A stretch of DNA of 64,000 bases, from positions 62,001 through 126,000 of the forward strand of contig NOWV01000143.1 in the NCBI GenBank assembly GCA_003344405.1, given 5' to 3'. This DNA comes from Trichoplax sp. H2. Its lineage: Eukaryota. This document shows, one piece after another, positions 1 through 13,636 of the stretch (position 1 is its first letter; each line of letters opens with the position of its first letter). Both the position numbers and the translations under genes were made by a program. The notes under the pieces were generated by a model. That model was not told the origin of the DNA, did not search any database, and was given only the letters and a program-made list of their open reading frames with translations.

Positions 1-102
1 CAGTACACTGTACTGTACAGTACTCCACTATACAACAGTATACTGTACACCCTACCGTACTATACACCGTACTGCGCTGTACTATACAGTACACTGCACT
101 GC
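1..102. repeat. TACAG/TACTG/TACAC pentamer micro-array (also 3364-3400, 3624-3780, 10120-10415, 19490-19620, 19850-19955, 20222-20345, 63070-63125)
   Basis: Directly visible quasi-palindromic low-complexity arrays such as CAGTACACTGTACTGTACAGTAC. Confidence 0.85.
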
Positions 103-211
103 ACGTCATTGCGGCAATTTTCAAAATCGTCAGTCGGTTGGTTTTTGCAGCATCGTTCTCCATCGACAAAACTGTAAATATCGTCAACACAAGCAAATCG
201 TTGTCAAAATC

Positions 212-1241
212 ATGTCTAGTCAAGCTCAGCGGAAAGAAAATTTACATGCTACTCGGCCTCTTCAAGGTTCGGTTCATGGGTTGATGAGTTTAATTTGGAT
301 TGAAATTAGCCTGTACAATGCAAGTAGCTGTATTGCTGTGTACTGATGTCTTTTTCAATGACTTGTTTATTGATCGATGGATAGGAAAGCAACTTCTATC
401 CAATCAGTCATCAACGAAACGTAGGGCCCTAGGAGATATTGGAAATGATACAAAACTAAGAAAACAGGCTTTACCTAAAAAGCATAATGTACCTCTTGGC
501 AATGTCATGAAAAAAGAAGTCAACGTTGTTCGTGATACTACAATCGACTATGACTGTGAAATCGAGAAACCATCATTTCCGTTAACTGGTTCGTATACTG
601 TAGTATGTACTGTATAGTACAACTAAAAGTTGCATTAATAAGACTCGGTGTAGTTTGCCTTGAAGTGCAATGTTAATAACGTGTATTATTAAATTGTGTT
701 ACACATTGAATGTCTGCATGTACTGGAATACATTGAATTCATGGAATGGACTACAGTAATCGATGAAGAGGAAAATTTTGCCCCTCCAACTTTCTTTCCC
801 AACGTTAAAACTCGTGTAACATTAGACTTTGTCAGGACTTCACCGTGCAACTCAAGCAATACGCTTGCATTGGCTGATTCTAATTGGGAACCTAATTTAT
901 TGGAACTTATCGGTATGCTTGCTATTTTTAAGCTGTAAAACATTCAATTATTTCTTTATTTTTACGCTTGAATCTGTCCAATAATTTCACTTAATGCACT
1001 TCCTAAGAAATCAACTATAGTCACCTAATAGATGATATGTTGTTGAATAGTCTTACTAATTACGTGTTGAATATCGTGGATGAAAATATATTTGAATACT
1101 GTACTCTAAAATGTTAAAATGACTTCAGGTTCGACAAGTGCCCAAGATAGCATGACGTTGTGTCCTGTCAATGAAGATGATGATCTGGACGGTGATGACT
1201 ACAGTCAGCTAAGATTATCGGATATTGACTTTGAAATGTAA
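212..1241 (+). CDS. Securin-like (PTTG1-like) KEN-box/D-box protein, 175 aa, 4 exons (212-266, 385-588, 757-912, 1129-1241)
   Basis: Four exons joined by phase-1 GT-AG introns give a continuous 528-nt ORF: MSSQAQRKENLH...KRRALGDIGN...YDCEIEKPSFP...DDDLDGDDYSQLRLSDIDFEM*. It has a KEN box, an RxxLxxxxN D-box, an EIEK motif and an acidic C-terminus. The gene model is well supported; the family call is inference. Confidence 0.65.
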
Positions 1242-4117
1242 TCTGTGTACAGTACATACCCTCATTTCCAATATTATATCAGTTAGTGTACTATAAATCA
1301 TAAGACTGATAGTGATATCACTTTACTCTCTACTTTTACATAGTCTACTAAGTAATGTGGCTTAATGTCAATTTATTAACTGCTTGATGAACTACAAGTA
1401 AACGTTTTTCAATATTGCAATTTGTAGTTTACTCACTACTACTTTAAATCGGACAAAGCAGTGTTTAGAAATAACTAGTTTTCTTACCGAAAACCCTGTA
1501 CAAAATCGATATGACTACAGAAAACATTTATTTATTATTGTACAGCTATATGTGTGATTTAAACTATTACCAGAGGATATATACTGTATTTGTTGCAGAA
1601 ACAACATCAAAGTGGTCATCAATGATTCATTTTGTTCTAGTTAATCCATGCTTCTACTTGTGTGTCCCATCAAACGTAATACTTTGGTTGAGAAATCATT
1701 GGATGATTGATCAATCCGACATAGCTATGCCTAATATATATCTATCTTTATCTACTATACTTAAATATTGTCTGTTTGAAGGAACAATTGCCTTCTTTTT
1801 CCAATGTGCATTACAATGACACTTTAACCGATAAACCATTTGCAAAGCTTGAACTTTTGATAAATGTAAATTCAACTTTAAAATGAATTGATGATTTATT
1901 GCACTCGATTGCAAATAACTGTTCCAATTTTGTCTACATGATTTAAAGCGTGTATTTATTATGTATAAATAAGGCGGTAGTGAACTGCCCGGTACATTTT
2001 CAATAACTAGTTATTAGGCTATATTGATGCTGAATCAAATTAGGCATTGCTGTTTTACATAAATCAGGAAAACTGATGCAATGCACGTTTACTCAGAGCA
2101 GGAACAAGTAATAATCATTTTTTTACTTGAAACAACAACAGTAATATATCATGAGCAAATCAGGCTAGTCGTAATTGTATGTTGCTTCCTTCTATAGTAC
2201 TTCACTGATAATTACATAGTGTGTTATATTGTCATCCAGTTATTCGGACTCACTTCTCCGTCTACCCGGGTAGCCTTTATTTTGCAGATTGCAGGTACTC
2301 GGATCATGTTTTATTCTTCTGGTTATTATGTGCAATTGCATTAATGTAATTGGATCATCTCAGTATTGCATATATGTATTTAATTTATTGATATATATAT
2401 ATATAGACTTATACAGTATATGCCACGTATAATCCACATCACACGGCCAGGCACTAGACTTAATTGGGCACTCGGGTCTGCAAGCAATTCAGAATGTTAC
2501 TGTACACTGTACATTATGTCGGTATTAGAAAACGACAATAATCGTACAGTAGTATCGTGCGATGCTAAAACTAAAATTATAGCCAGTACTATAAAACTTT
2601 GATACGAATCAAGATATTTAATACTAATCATGTCAGTGCTGGTAGACTGAATTATTAAGGTATGATAGTGCACTAAGCATAACATCTGTTAATATTACCA
2701 GAACTTTTATTCGCACAGTATGGTGTGCGGGTTCGGCTGCTGTAGCTAGTTGTACGGTAATCTAGACCCGATCATGGTCTACAGTCCACACTGTTCAGTA
2801 TGTTCTAGTAATAATCTATGTACCATATTAAAAAGTGAAGTTGAACGAGTGGGTACTAGCTAACTCGTACACTATAAATATTAAATATTACCAGCAATAC
2901 TGGTGAAAGTTTCATCGTCTATTTTAAAAGCGTCAAACACAATACGTTTAAACGTATTACTGGAAGTATGATTTGAGAATTATAATATCTTGATTTTTAT
3001 CTATAGGCGCTACTTTTCCAATTCAGTTATCGATGACAAGTTGAATGAAGTACCTATGTAATCCCCTTTCATTCGATAGGTGTGAATAGTAAAGACTACT
3101 ATACGAGTAAAACGCTTGAAAAATATACAAATCATTACGGACTGTATTATGTCTGATGGTCGGTTAGAACATATTAGATCCATTTTTACACCATTGCACT
3201 ATCGAACGTTTGACAGTGTACCGGGCTTGGAGGATTTGCTGCAGACACTTTATCGTATTAACTTCACTTTAATCTACGTTGGATCGATTGAACGCTGCAA
3301 AATAACAACTATAATTCCACTCTCGTAATATCCAATTTGCATTGATATCGTTTCATCTACAAGGTACTACTGTAGTGTACAGTTACTACAGTATAGTATA
3401 ACGTGATTAATTTCCTTTCCGATAAATCGGTGCATGTCTTTGTGATCAATTTTTACGACGAATTCTATAAAATTTATATGAGACGAAAGACTGGTATAAA
3501 TTTGACTCCAAACTGGTCTTCCATTTATTCCATTTTTTCCTCATTTGAACCGAAATTCATCCCATCGTACAGTACACTGAATCAACAATATAGTGTGGAA
3601 AACGGACAGACAGACATCAAGTTACGGTACAGTACACTCACTGTACTGTACAGTACGATAGAATGGCATGCCGCTCTACAGTACAGTACAGTATGGCGAT
3701 TGCAGGCAGTTTAATCCAGCTTCAGCCACTGACTGCGCCGCAGACTACAGTAGAGTACAGTACATTGTACTGTACAGCACTTCAGAGAAATGAAGCAAAG
3801 CCTGACTCAATACTCCATCTGTCCAGTAGTCGGCCGTAGACCGCACGGATAGGGAAGACTACTGTAGAGACCCTTGGTGAACACTCCATTGCCTCGTAAA
3901 ATCAATGAATCAGTAGACAATATTATGCAAGTCCATGGTAGTGGCTAGAGTTTCTATCCTATCGATGGTTAAATATGGAAAATAGTGATAGACAAAATTC
4001 TTGATTGGTAGAATAGATGGTATTAACATTGATCCAAGTGGCGTTAAAGCTGAAGAAGGAAATTGAAGGTATAAAAACTGACTGTTAGTAGGAACTCGCA
4101 CGACTGTATCGAACGCA

Positions 4118-7100
4118 ATGGCGTTATCGCGTTTGCCAGGTATTTTAGCAATGTACCAATATGCTGTCAGTGCTCACAAAGTTGCCATCAGATTACCGAC
4201 TTTATCCTATCGAAGTAAGTGGACAAAGTTCAATGTACACATTGTGTAGAGATGGAAATGAAATTTTGAATACAGCAGAATGAGATGTAATCCTACTTTC
4301 ATTGTCATATGGAACATTGTATCAGTGCTTTGTTTTTATATTACACTGCTGGCTTGTAGTAATGTACTTACAATATCTCTGGTCTCTGATTTGCCTTGCC
4401 GAGAGTTTACTTCAGTGATCATGGAGTCAATGACGTACTGGATTAATTCTTGCTTAATCTATGCTATCATTCTAGTTTGATAGAAAGATTATCTGATTCA
4501 ATAACCCCAAAATCAATACAAATACTCAATTTACTTGATATTAGTTAGTACTGCGGGACTACAATATTTCATCACAGTTACACCAATTGAATTGCTAACT
4601 TCATAGCAACACGTATTCCAAACGTAAATCTCCTCTTTCATTATGCTAGGTGTTTCCTATGACTTGACTGCACTATTTCATGATCGCAGTTGGGTAACAA
4701 AGTATCGTTATGCAGCACCAATTCGTGGATGTGCAAGTAGCAATCACAACGACGATCCGAAGAAAGAAGATAAAATGGATACCAGTACGGTTGAAGCCAA
4801 ACGTGAGTTTTCGACATTGCAGCTTACTACGCTATTTCTCTTTGTCTACTTTCGACCTAAACATGGATTATTATACCACTGCATAGAAATTATAATCATC
4901 CTTCTATTTCATTAGTTTTGGTGGTTATTAATAGTTCAACAATTTAAAGTAATAATGCTATCATTAAAATCGTTTCTGGCTCTCTACAATTTCGGATATT
5001 TTTGTGATGATTTATAGTATTATGGTACAGTAGATAGAGAGATATAACAAACTACTACGGTATGCATTATGTTTTCAATGACTTACTGTCAACTATAGTA
5101 TACAAGTATGTGTAGTATGAATTGCATGAACGACTTTCAGTCTACTGAAATGTTAATATAATTAGGATGCTTTGCTTTATTTTGGGATAATTACAGCTAA
5201 ACCTACCAAACCAAGATGGAAACCTACAATTATGGACAAAAATGCCAAGCATACCCAAAATACTCAAATTACAGTTGTAAGAGCAATGAACGATTACCTC
5301 CTGACTTTAGAGTAAGTTGAAAGATTATAATTCGTTACTATTTTCACAGCACTGCTATAAGATGCAATCCATGATAACTTTGTTAGTCGATTTCTACAAT
5401 CGCTAAAATTTGGTACAGTAATATATTTGACAGCAATTACATTGATAGTTGACTATATTGCATGTAGTACTGCAAAGGATGTCACGTTGTATCGCGTACA
5501 ATAGTTGTTGATTTAAGCTTTATACTAACACGTACGTAGCAACAAATTGAAACCTTTTGCTTGATTAATGTAGAGATTTACAGGATCTTAAACATATATC
5601 CGTCCGCAGTGCTTATGCATCGGAATTTACCTCGGAATTTATATATTGGAAGTCGGATGTTGAGAAAAGGTAATATCTTGAATATTCTATTTAGGTTATG
5701 CTATGTTTAAATTCGTTTCAAAAGACGATATAAAAAATACGATTTATGAGGGTATAACATACGTGTAATAGCTTAAAAATAATGAAACTTGTTACATCCA
5801 TGACTAAGATTTGATAATTTATTTGGTTTGCTTCATTAGGGCAATAGCAAAATGGGGAAATTTGGAGAATTTAGATAAGGAATTACGCAAAGTGAAAGAG
5901 AAGCTTGATGATGATGAGAGAGGAAGACGAGGTTATAACTTTCTTCAAACATTGTCTTTCTAATAGTTTTAGTAATCCGTGATGGCTATTGTTTTTATAT
6001 GGACAAATATTGGTTTACTCTTACTTTTTAAAAACTATACGTGATTCTGCAAAATGTAAGCCACCCGGATTAAATCTTACATTGAAGTATTCTTTTGCTT
6101 TATACAATAAGGTTTAAGCGCCTTAATGGGACATTTGAAAAAGCAAGTTAAAGATCAGCAAAAATTAAATGTGGATCATAAGGTGATTTAATTAACGTAA
6201 GATTCAAAGTTGTAGATACTGATGCTGTCTAGTTGCAAGCACTTCCGTTGTAATTATGTTATTACAAGATATTGACGCATGCTGGTCTGGTCTAGTGCTT
6301 TATACCGTATTTCGTAGTAATCTTATACTAAATAGATCTTTTATGTTAAAAGCTGTTTGGTAGTCAAGAAGAACGTATGTCACACGTTCGAGGCTCTGCA
6401 AAATTGGTTATGTATGCTATTCTAAGGTACTACTTATCTACTTTATAATATTTATTAACTATAAATGTCAATGTAAAGTGCGTCATTAATACTACCTTCT
6501 TCCTGTTTTTATTACTGCTAATAGCTTACTCGCTACCTAACTATTATATAATATATTTTTATCTTAATTTTAGTAATGTTTCCGTTATGTGCTTTAAACT
6601 ATTGGCATATATTTGGACTGGTTCAGCTTCAATGCTATCAGAGGGAATACATTCTCTAGCTGATGTAGCCAATCAGGTATAAATTCTGAACTAGTTGTTG
6701 TGCCTATTTTATAGTTATGTGAACTGATCTTTCCACATTATTCTCTAGTGTCTATTATTATATGGAATATTTTACTCCCTTAGGCAGCCTTCGCCTGATC
6801 ATCCGTTAGTTTCAGTTACTTGATATTTCTTAGTGATGATTTAATGATAGTAAGCCTTATGAATGATTAATACATTACTATATTGCATTCTGTCTATAGC
6901 TATGGATTTTCTCGTGCACGCTACGTTTATGCTCTCATAAGTGGAGTGGGTATCTTTTGTGTGGGCGCCGGCGTTAATATATATCATGGAATCTCGTTAC
7001 TTATGAATCCTCATCAGCTTGAGTCATTGCTTGTGGTAATTTGGAAATACTACTACAGCTTGTTGTCGAATTATGATATAAATCTCTTAGAATTATTAAA

Positions 7101-8655
7101 TCCATAGAATCCATTGATTTATAAAATTTACTACCTGTGTCAACTTATGATATTGTACATTTTTTAAATTACCGAAATATGAAGATATTGAATAATTATT
7201 TATACTACAGGCATATTCTATACTCGCCGGCTCATTCGTAGTAGAAGGAGGTAGATGTGGTTTTATAATTGTATTAATAATACCTATTTGTAATATTGTT
7301 AAATTGGAAGATCGTTTTCTTAACGATTGATGAAGAAATAAACTTCATTTTTAGCCACACTTATGGCTGCCATCACTCAAGTTAGGAAAAATGCAACTGA
7401 GACTGGTTTAACCTTCAAGGAATATGGTAATGTTGGTGTTGATGTGATTTCCATTCGGTCAATAAGGTGCTAATTTACCCTATTTCTACACTATAGTTTT
7501 AAAAGGACGCGATCCAAATGTGGTAGCAGTATTATTAGAAGATGGTATAGCAGTGGCTGGTGTTTCGTTAGCAGGAATTTGTCTTGCCCTGGCATCGTTA
7601 ACCGGAAATCCATTATACGATGCAGCAGGATCTATCGCTGTTGGAGGTAGTATAAAATACTTTATATCCATTGCTGCTGATTACATTTAATAAGTTAGTG
7701 AATTAATTAAGGTTGTACCTTTTACGAAATAAAAATGTATAATAAAAATTAATTACAATAGGTATGCTAGGCGTGATGGCTCTATTCCTTATACAACGTA
7801 ATGGTGATGCTTTGGTAGGCAGGTAGGTTTTATTCATTAGTTCTTACTACGCCGAACCAATGATGTGATTTCATTAACAGTAATTGTGTAAAATATTCAT
7901 TATTGATTGGATAGATCTATCCCGTATAATCGCCTTCGACAAATAGTGGAGCTAATAGAAAATGACGTTATGATAAGGTTAGAGACAGTGATCAATATTG
8001 TTTAGTCATATAAATTACCGTATTAAGATTGAATTATTTTTGGGGGATATTAGATCGATTCATGATGTTAAAGCAACGGAATTGGGTTTGATATTGCTAC
8101 TAAAATTGTACAATTTTTGTAGAATAAAAAGCAAATGGTGGTTTTTATTAAATTATAATACATGTCTTATACACTAAAGGTGCGGATACCGTTAGATTTA
8201 AAGCGGAAATCAATTTCGATGGTCGTGAAGTTACAAGGTCCTACGCTAATAATATAGACTTGGAGGAGCTACTTGTTGTAGGTTGCGTTGATTGTAAAAT
8301 AGAATTGTAGAGTATAGCTTAGCTTATTTTGATTTTAGCTTTGGTTATGAAGACTCTTCCTTTTGTTGATAGTGCGTAAAGGAAATAAAAACTGTTGAAG
8401 AATTAAATGAGTTTATATTGCATCACGGTGAACGTGTCATTGATGTATTGGGTGTTGAAGTTGATCGAATTGAGAAAAACATTAAGGTGAGTCCACAATG
8501 ACAGACAAATACTGTACTTTTCTTTTGCTATCCTGTAGATCAATAACGTTTAAGCATTAATTAGTTAAATTTAACTTCTTGGTATGTTGATTTTATCTAT
8601 CATTTAATAGAAAGCATCTCCTGAAGTCCGACATGTGGATTTAGAAATTCTATAA
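4118..8655 (+). CDS. SLC30A9: Zinc transporter 9 (CDF family, mitochondrial), multi-exon
   Basis: Exons encode a transit-like N-terminus (MALSRLPG...), then NTQITVVRAMNDYLL, TGSASMLSEGIHSLADVANQ, HPYGFSRARYVYALISGVGIF, GRDPNVVAVLLEDGIAVAG, VRFKAEINFDGREVT and the characteristic end PEVRHVDLEIL*. Confidence 0.95.
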
Positions 8656-10507
8656 TTCTAACCTTCGTAGTTATTGATCAACCGACTATTTATGGTTGAG
8701 GATATTGTTATGGATGAATTGATAGGAGGGTTTGTTAATGAAACTTAAAACTGCTTCACCACTGATGATGGTACTGTATTTAAATTTTGATTTACTGTAC
8801 AATGCAGTCTTTGGCTATATATATTTTTATATAGGAAAAATGATAACACTTAATTTAATTCTGCAGTAAAATTTAAAATTTATCTGAATTTTCTGTTTAA
8901 AGGCTAACAGTAGAGGTATTCAATGTAAATAGGTGATATGCATAGATACGAGATACTGTCCAAGTACACTGTACGTCCGAGTGTACTCACTACAGTACAT
9001 ATATCGTAGATTAGTTAGTTTATGTAATGTATGTTATTTTCAGTCTGTATATGCTGTAAATATGTTATTTATATGTTCATGAGACTGGATATTCTGAGAA
9101 TATCACTTTTACAGGTCTATGTTAGTATAATTGGTAACGTCTGCACATTGCTGCATTATGTTCAACTTTTATACAGGACTGAAGCATACTTCCAAAAAAT
9201 AGGGTAGTATTATTTTGTATGGATACAATTGCTATTTCATTGTCTTAATGCATGATTGCGAAGTGATAAATAAAGTATTGGCCATTCCAGGTTAAACTGC
9301 ATTCAAAATAAACGACTATACAATGGATCGATTCTTTCAAATATGCTTTTCTTAATAAGCAAAATTTGGCTAAAGCACCAAATGCACTCAGAACTGTTGC
9401 TTAATTTCACTTGGCAACTTTTGTGTTTTCTGACGCTTCAAGTAAATCCATGATCATCTGCAAAATGGATTGAGGAATCAACAGTAGTCTTCAATGCTTG
9501 CGCCAATCTGTGCTGGTTGATTGAATGAAGTAGGCCTTGTCATAACATTGATATAGATAATTTGTTATGTAGGAGCTACTTTCTATTTTTAGAATAGTGA
9601 GTAGTCCCTGGTTAGGATTTGTTGGATCGTTCCGACTTATGGAGCCTCATGTCATTGAACATGGTTGATAGGAGGTGGAGCAAAAACTCAGATCGCTCCA
9701 ACCTGCAAATGGTATTACCCATTAGTGCTGAATTACCGTCCTGGTGAGGAATGTTACAGTACAGTACAGTATAGCGCATGGCTAGCCATCCTTATTATGC
9801 AGTTGAATAATTGAATCAACACCTTGGTGTAAAAGCAAATGCAAGTGGATAGCTCAAAATAGAAACACTGTTGGAGGACAGATTGGGCATTTGCTTGAAC
9901 ACGGTGTCGTGCTTGCTTGCCATGATTCCAATACTGTACAGAGTGTACGGTACAAGGGTCACGGACTGATGGTCAAGCGCTGACAGCCAGCTGAGCCATC
10001 GTTCGATCATGGTGAACTACTCAGTCAGTGATCGTCAACCTGACTACTGATTGCGTGCTTGTTCTCACCACTGATCCAGCACCTGTTCCCATATGGTGGG
10101 TTATGTTGCACAGACTCTGAACAGTGCTACAGTACACGTACTGTAGACTGTACAATGTGCATACAGTATTTCTCCTGGTTTGCCAGCGCCTGATCGATGA
10201 CGCTGGTGTTTTGCCATATACAGGATAATTGGTATCATACACTGTACTGTCGAGGTACAATTTTGAACAGTATTTTGTAGTACTGTAGAGTACAGTGCAA
10301 AGTGATTCCGGTCGGGAACGTCGGCACTACAGTATAATGTACTGTAGTGCCGCCATGCCGCTCCCATACAAACCAGTACTGTATAGTGTACAGTGTACAG
10401 TACTGTGTACTGTGGTGAAAAGATTGCCGACAGTGGCATCGAGCTCATCGGGTACTGTACCGATCATTCCATAGTCACGCGCCGCACCGCAGAATTGTGA
10501 TGCAACT

Positions 10508-10517
10508 GGCACGTGAC
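10508..10517. promoter_or_regulatory. CLEAR-like E-box (MiT/TFE site) upstream of ATP6V0C
   Basis: GGCACGTGAC is a 9/10 match to GTCACGTGAC, about 200 bp before the ATG. A degenerate GTCACGCGCC lies at 10474-10483. Confidence 0.55.
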
Positions 10518-10719
10518 ACCCATTGCACCAATCGCACTTCGTCGTCGACTGACTTCGCTTTACGTCATCATCTAGTGTCACTCGCTATGCGTTAAGTGGC
10601 AGTCAATTGGGAAAGTCTTTTCACTCTCTCTTTCGGCATCAAGGCAAACGCAGCTTTCGCTCCAACTTGGCCATTTTTTACTGTATAGTTCTTGCTTAGA
10701 AAAAAACTATTTTTCCAAA

Positions 10720-12454
10720 ATGACTGATACCAACGCTATTCCAATGTATACGCCATTCTTTGGTGTGATGGGTGCTACAGCAGCTATGGTTTTTAGCGGT
10801 AAGTGGAAAGTTTTTTTAGTTGTCAGAAGAGGGAACGGTCAATTTGGCCACAGTAGAAGTGTCATTTTTCCCACCATGTTGTACTGTACTGTATACAGTT
10901 GTAGCAGGGGTTGATAAAGCGTTTCAACTTGCGAGTGCATGGTGGTCGATGACAAGTCTACCATTTTTTTTTCTCATCATGTCTTTTATTTTATCCTACT
11001 TATCTTTAGCCTTGGGAGCCGCTTATGGTACCGCAAAATCGGGTACTGGTATCGCTGCCATGTCTGTTATGAGGCCCGAATTAATTATGAAGTCCATCAT
11101 TCCCGTAGTTATGGCTGGTATCATTGCCATCTATGGTCTTGTAGTAGCTGTTTTAATCGCCAACAGAAGTATCCTTAACATCCACATAAAATAATGTGAA
11201 TTATCGTACAACTCAAAAGAGATATTACAGTACAGGAGGAATAAAAAAGATACACACACTGTGTCAAACATCATATTTCTTTTCCTTAACTTAAACTTTT
11301 ATTTTACAGTCAAGCCAACCGAATATACCTTGTTTATGTAAGTACACCGCCAGTAAGAAATAGGGAACATATGTGTACCAATATGCCCTTCTAACGCGAC
11401 ACATGCTAGTCGCTGATATACCTTTGTAGTCTTAACTTGAATTCCCGTCATGGTATATTGCTTTCGATCGACTTTTACTCTACATTACAATCATTTAGTT
11501 TGGAAGAGACTGTCCGTAAAGCATATCAATATTCGATATTAATTCCCTAGATATTATCGTCATAACAACTTACTGTACTGTCTTTGTATCAAGAACTGGT
11601 CAGTCAACCAGTTCAAAGCGAGAATAGGGTAGCCATGAATATCTAAAATACTTTTGATAGTCGCCCTATCGTATCCATTGAAGTGAATTCCAACTCCTAC
11701 TTACAATAATATCTTGCTATCAGATAAGATACAGTCCGCCGCCTCCTCCTCCTCTTTTTCGAATGTTTCGACGTAGTAGTGCCATTTTACTATCAGTTCT
11801 CTTTCCAAAAAATATCTAGTCCGATCACTTCTCTATCGAACCAACATAGTATTCTAGGACAATAGATGACTTCTCTCTCAGTGATGTTCATTTCTTGATG
11901 ATCGTAGAATTAGATAGACAATCCAATGCTACAACGACATTGAAATAGCATTTCATTCTTGAACTGTTGTCACAAACAGTAAAATGGAATCATTACCCTA
12001 TTAAGGTCATTAAATTCACCTTTCATGTTCAAGATATAGCTTGTAGCGCGTGTAATCAACTTATTCTAGTTGCCCATATTGCGCCACATGTTGCGTTGAT
12101 CTCAATAGAAGATGTATGAGTTGAAGCACGCTGTAGTATGTTGATCCCATTACCAATGTCAATGAAACTTAACCATGATTCTATCTTTGAACATTTTTTG
12201 AACTTGACGCATTTTAATCTTGTTGAAATGGATTTTCTTGTAGGAGTTTTGTCGATCTTGGTGCCGGCCTAAGTGTTGGTCTTAGTGGTTTGGCTGCTGG
12301 TTTCGCTATCGGTATTGTAGGTGATGCTGGTGTCCGTGGTACTGCCCAACAGCCACGTCTTTTCGTCGGTATGATCTTGATCCTCATCTTTGCCGAAGTA
12401 TTGGGTCTTTACGGTTTGATCGTAGCTCTGATCATGTCAACCAAGTCTGGTTAA
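10720..12454 (+). CDS. ATP6V0C: V-type ATPase 16 kDa proteolipid subunit c; exons 10720-10798, 11010-11168, 11310-11337, 12244-12454
   Basis: The spliced product reads [63 protein letters not shown]...[46 protein letters not shown]. All junctions are in frame. Confidence 0.98.
11169..11309 (+). other. U12-type (minor spliceosome) GT-AG intron
   Basis: The 5' splice site is GTATCCTT. A branch point TTCCTTAAC lies at 11282-11290, about 20 nt before the AG. Splicing keeps the frame ([12 protein letters not shown]). Confidence 0.9.
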
Positions 12455-13636
12455 ATGAATGTTTAATCCTTATTTCATGCTTATTATTATGGCGACATCA
12501 ACAAGAGAAAAAGTTTATGTGCAAAATAGAATACAATGTTCTGGTTACGTCAAGAACCATTCCAGAAAAAACATTTGTCACCACACATGTATACAGTAAA
12601 GGAATAATTATGATTACATCAGACATGTTATATTAGACAAAAAGCTGACAAGATGGTTTACAGGCTTTATTTAATATTGATTTACTTCAGAGCTACATAG
12701 ATATACTCCCAATATCGTTTCATTCATAATTAGAACAAATTTGTTACATTGTTATCAATACTTTTAATAGTAGGCTTTATAATCTAAGTGACATAACCAT
12801 TTGCTTTGGAATAAGTTATTATTTGCTTAGTGTTCAGTTATAATCTTGTTGTAGAAACGTTTTAAAACTCGCTGGTGGATCGTCTGCCACATTTGTAGGT
12901 GACTTGCTCTGTTATTGGGCTATATTTCTACGGTTAAATTTAGCCAAACTATTTAGCTTCATTTAGCTTATGCTGAAATTTTAATAAACTGTATCCTTAT
13001 AATATTGCTGCTGACTATTTTTCGATCTGAACTAAAAAGCGGTTATCCCATGTTATATTATGCTTAGGGAAGTACGTGATGAAATAGTTGGCAATGTTCT
13101 ATGCTACCAGTACCTTAATTAATTATCATCGTAATAGGCGTATTTTTCTACATTTAGTGCACATCTCTCCATTGATTCTCTAGAAGATAACGATCCCGTC
13201 TACACTTACTGGAGTGATACAGTAAATAAACTTTTATAACAGTGATGCAATGACTAGCTCCTTTAAAGCAAATAGACAGTTGCTGCTATCGTGCAATATT
13301 AACTTAGCCTACACGAGGGTAATACAATCTATATCTGCGTAGAGCACAACTTTCTAAGAATCGCTTACTGTAACTTTACTGATGAGGCCTATATTTGGTA
13401 ATTACAATTGTTGATGACCATAAGATATTATGCCATGAAGGCCAACTTACTCCAAAGCGCTCGTTAGAAAAAAATTCCAAGAAACAAGAGCCCTCAAGAT
13501 CACGATAAAAATTGGGTACAACATTCTTTATTGACACACGCTATTGGTAAGGTAAATGTGAACTCATTGATATATCTCGCAATTGCAGGCTTAAAAATGG
13601 AATGCCCTTATTGAATGTTTTATAAATAACAATCGG

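Noticed and set aside
120-125. TTCAAA (CHR-like) upstream of the securin-like gene
   Set aside because: It fits a G2/M gene, but a lone AT-rich hexamer is expected by chance in this genome.
1511-4101. Short ORFs between the securin-like gene and SLC30A9
   Set aside because: Random-like composition or translations of TACAG arrays; no consistent exon chain found.
9490-9702. Minus-strand frame with an in-frame TGA (PCSMT*GSIS), considered as a selenocysteine codon or antizyme frameshift
   Set aside because: No match to a selenoprotein or antizyme motif I know and no recognisable SECIS; most likely chance.
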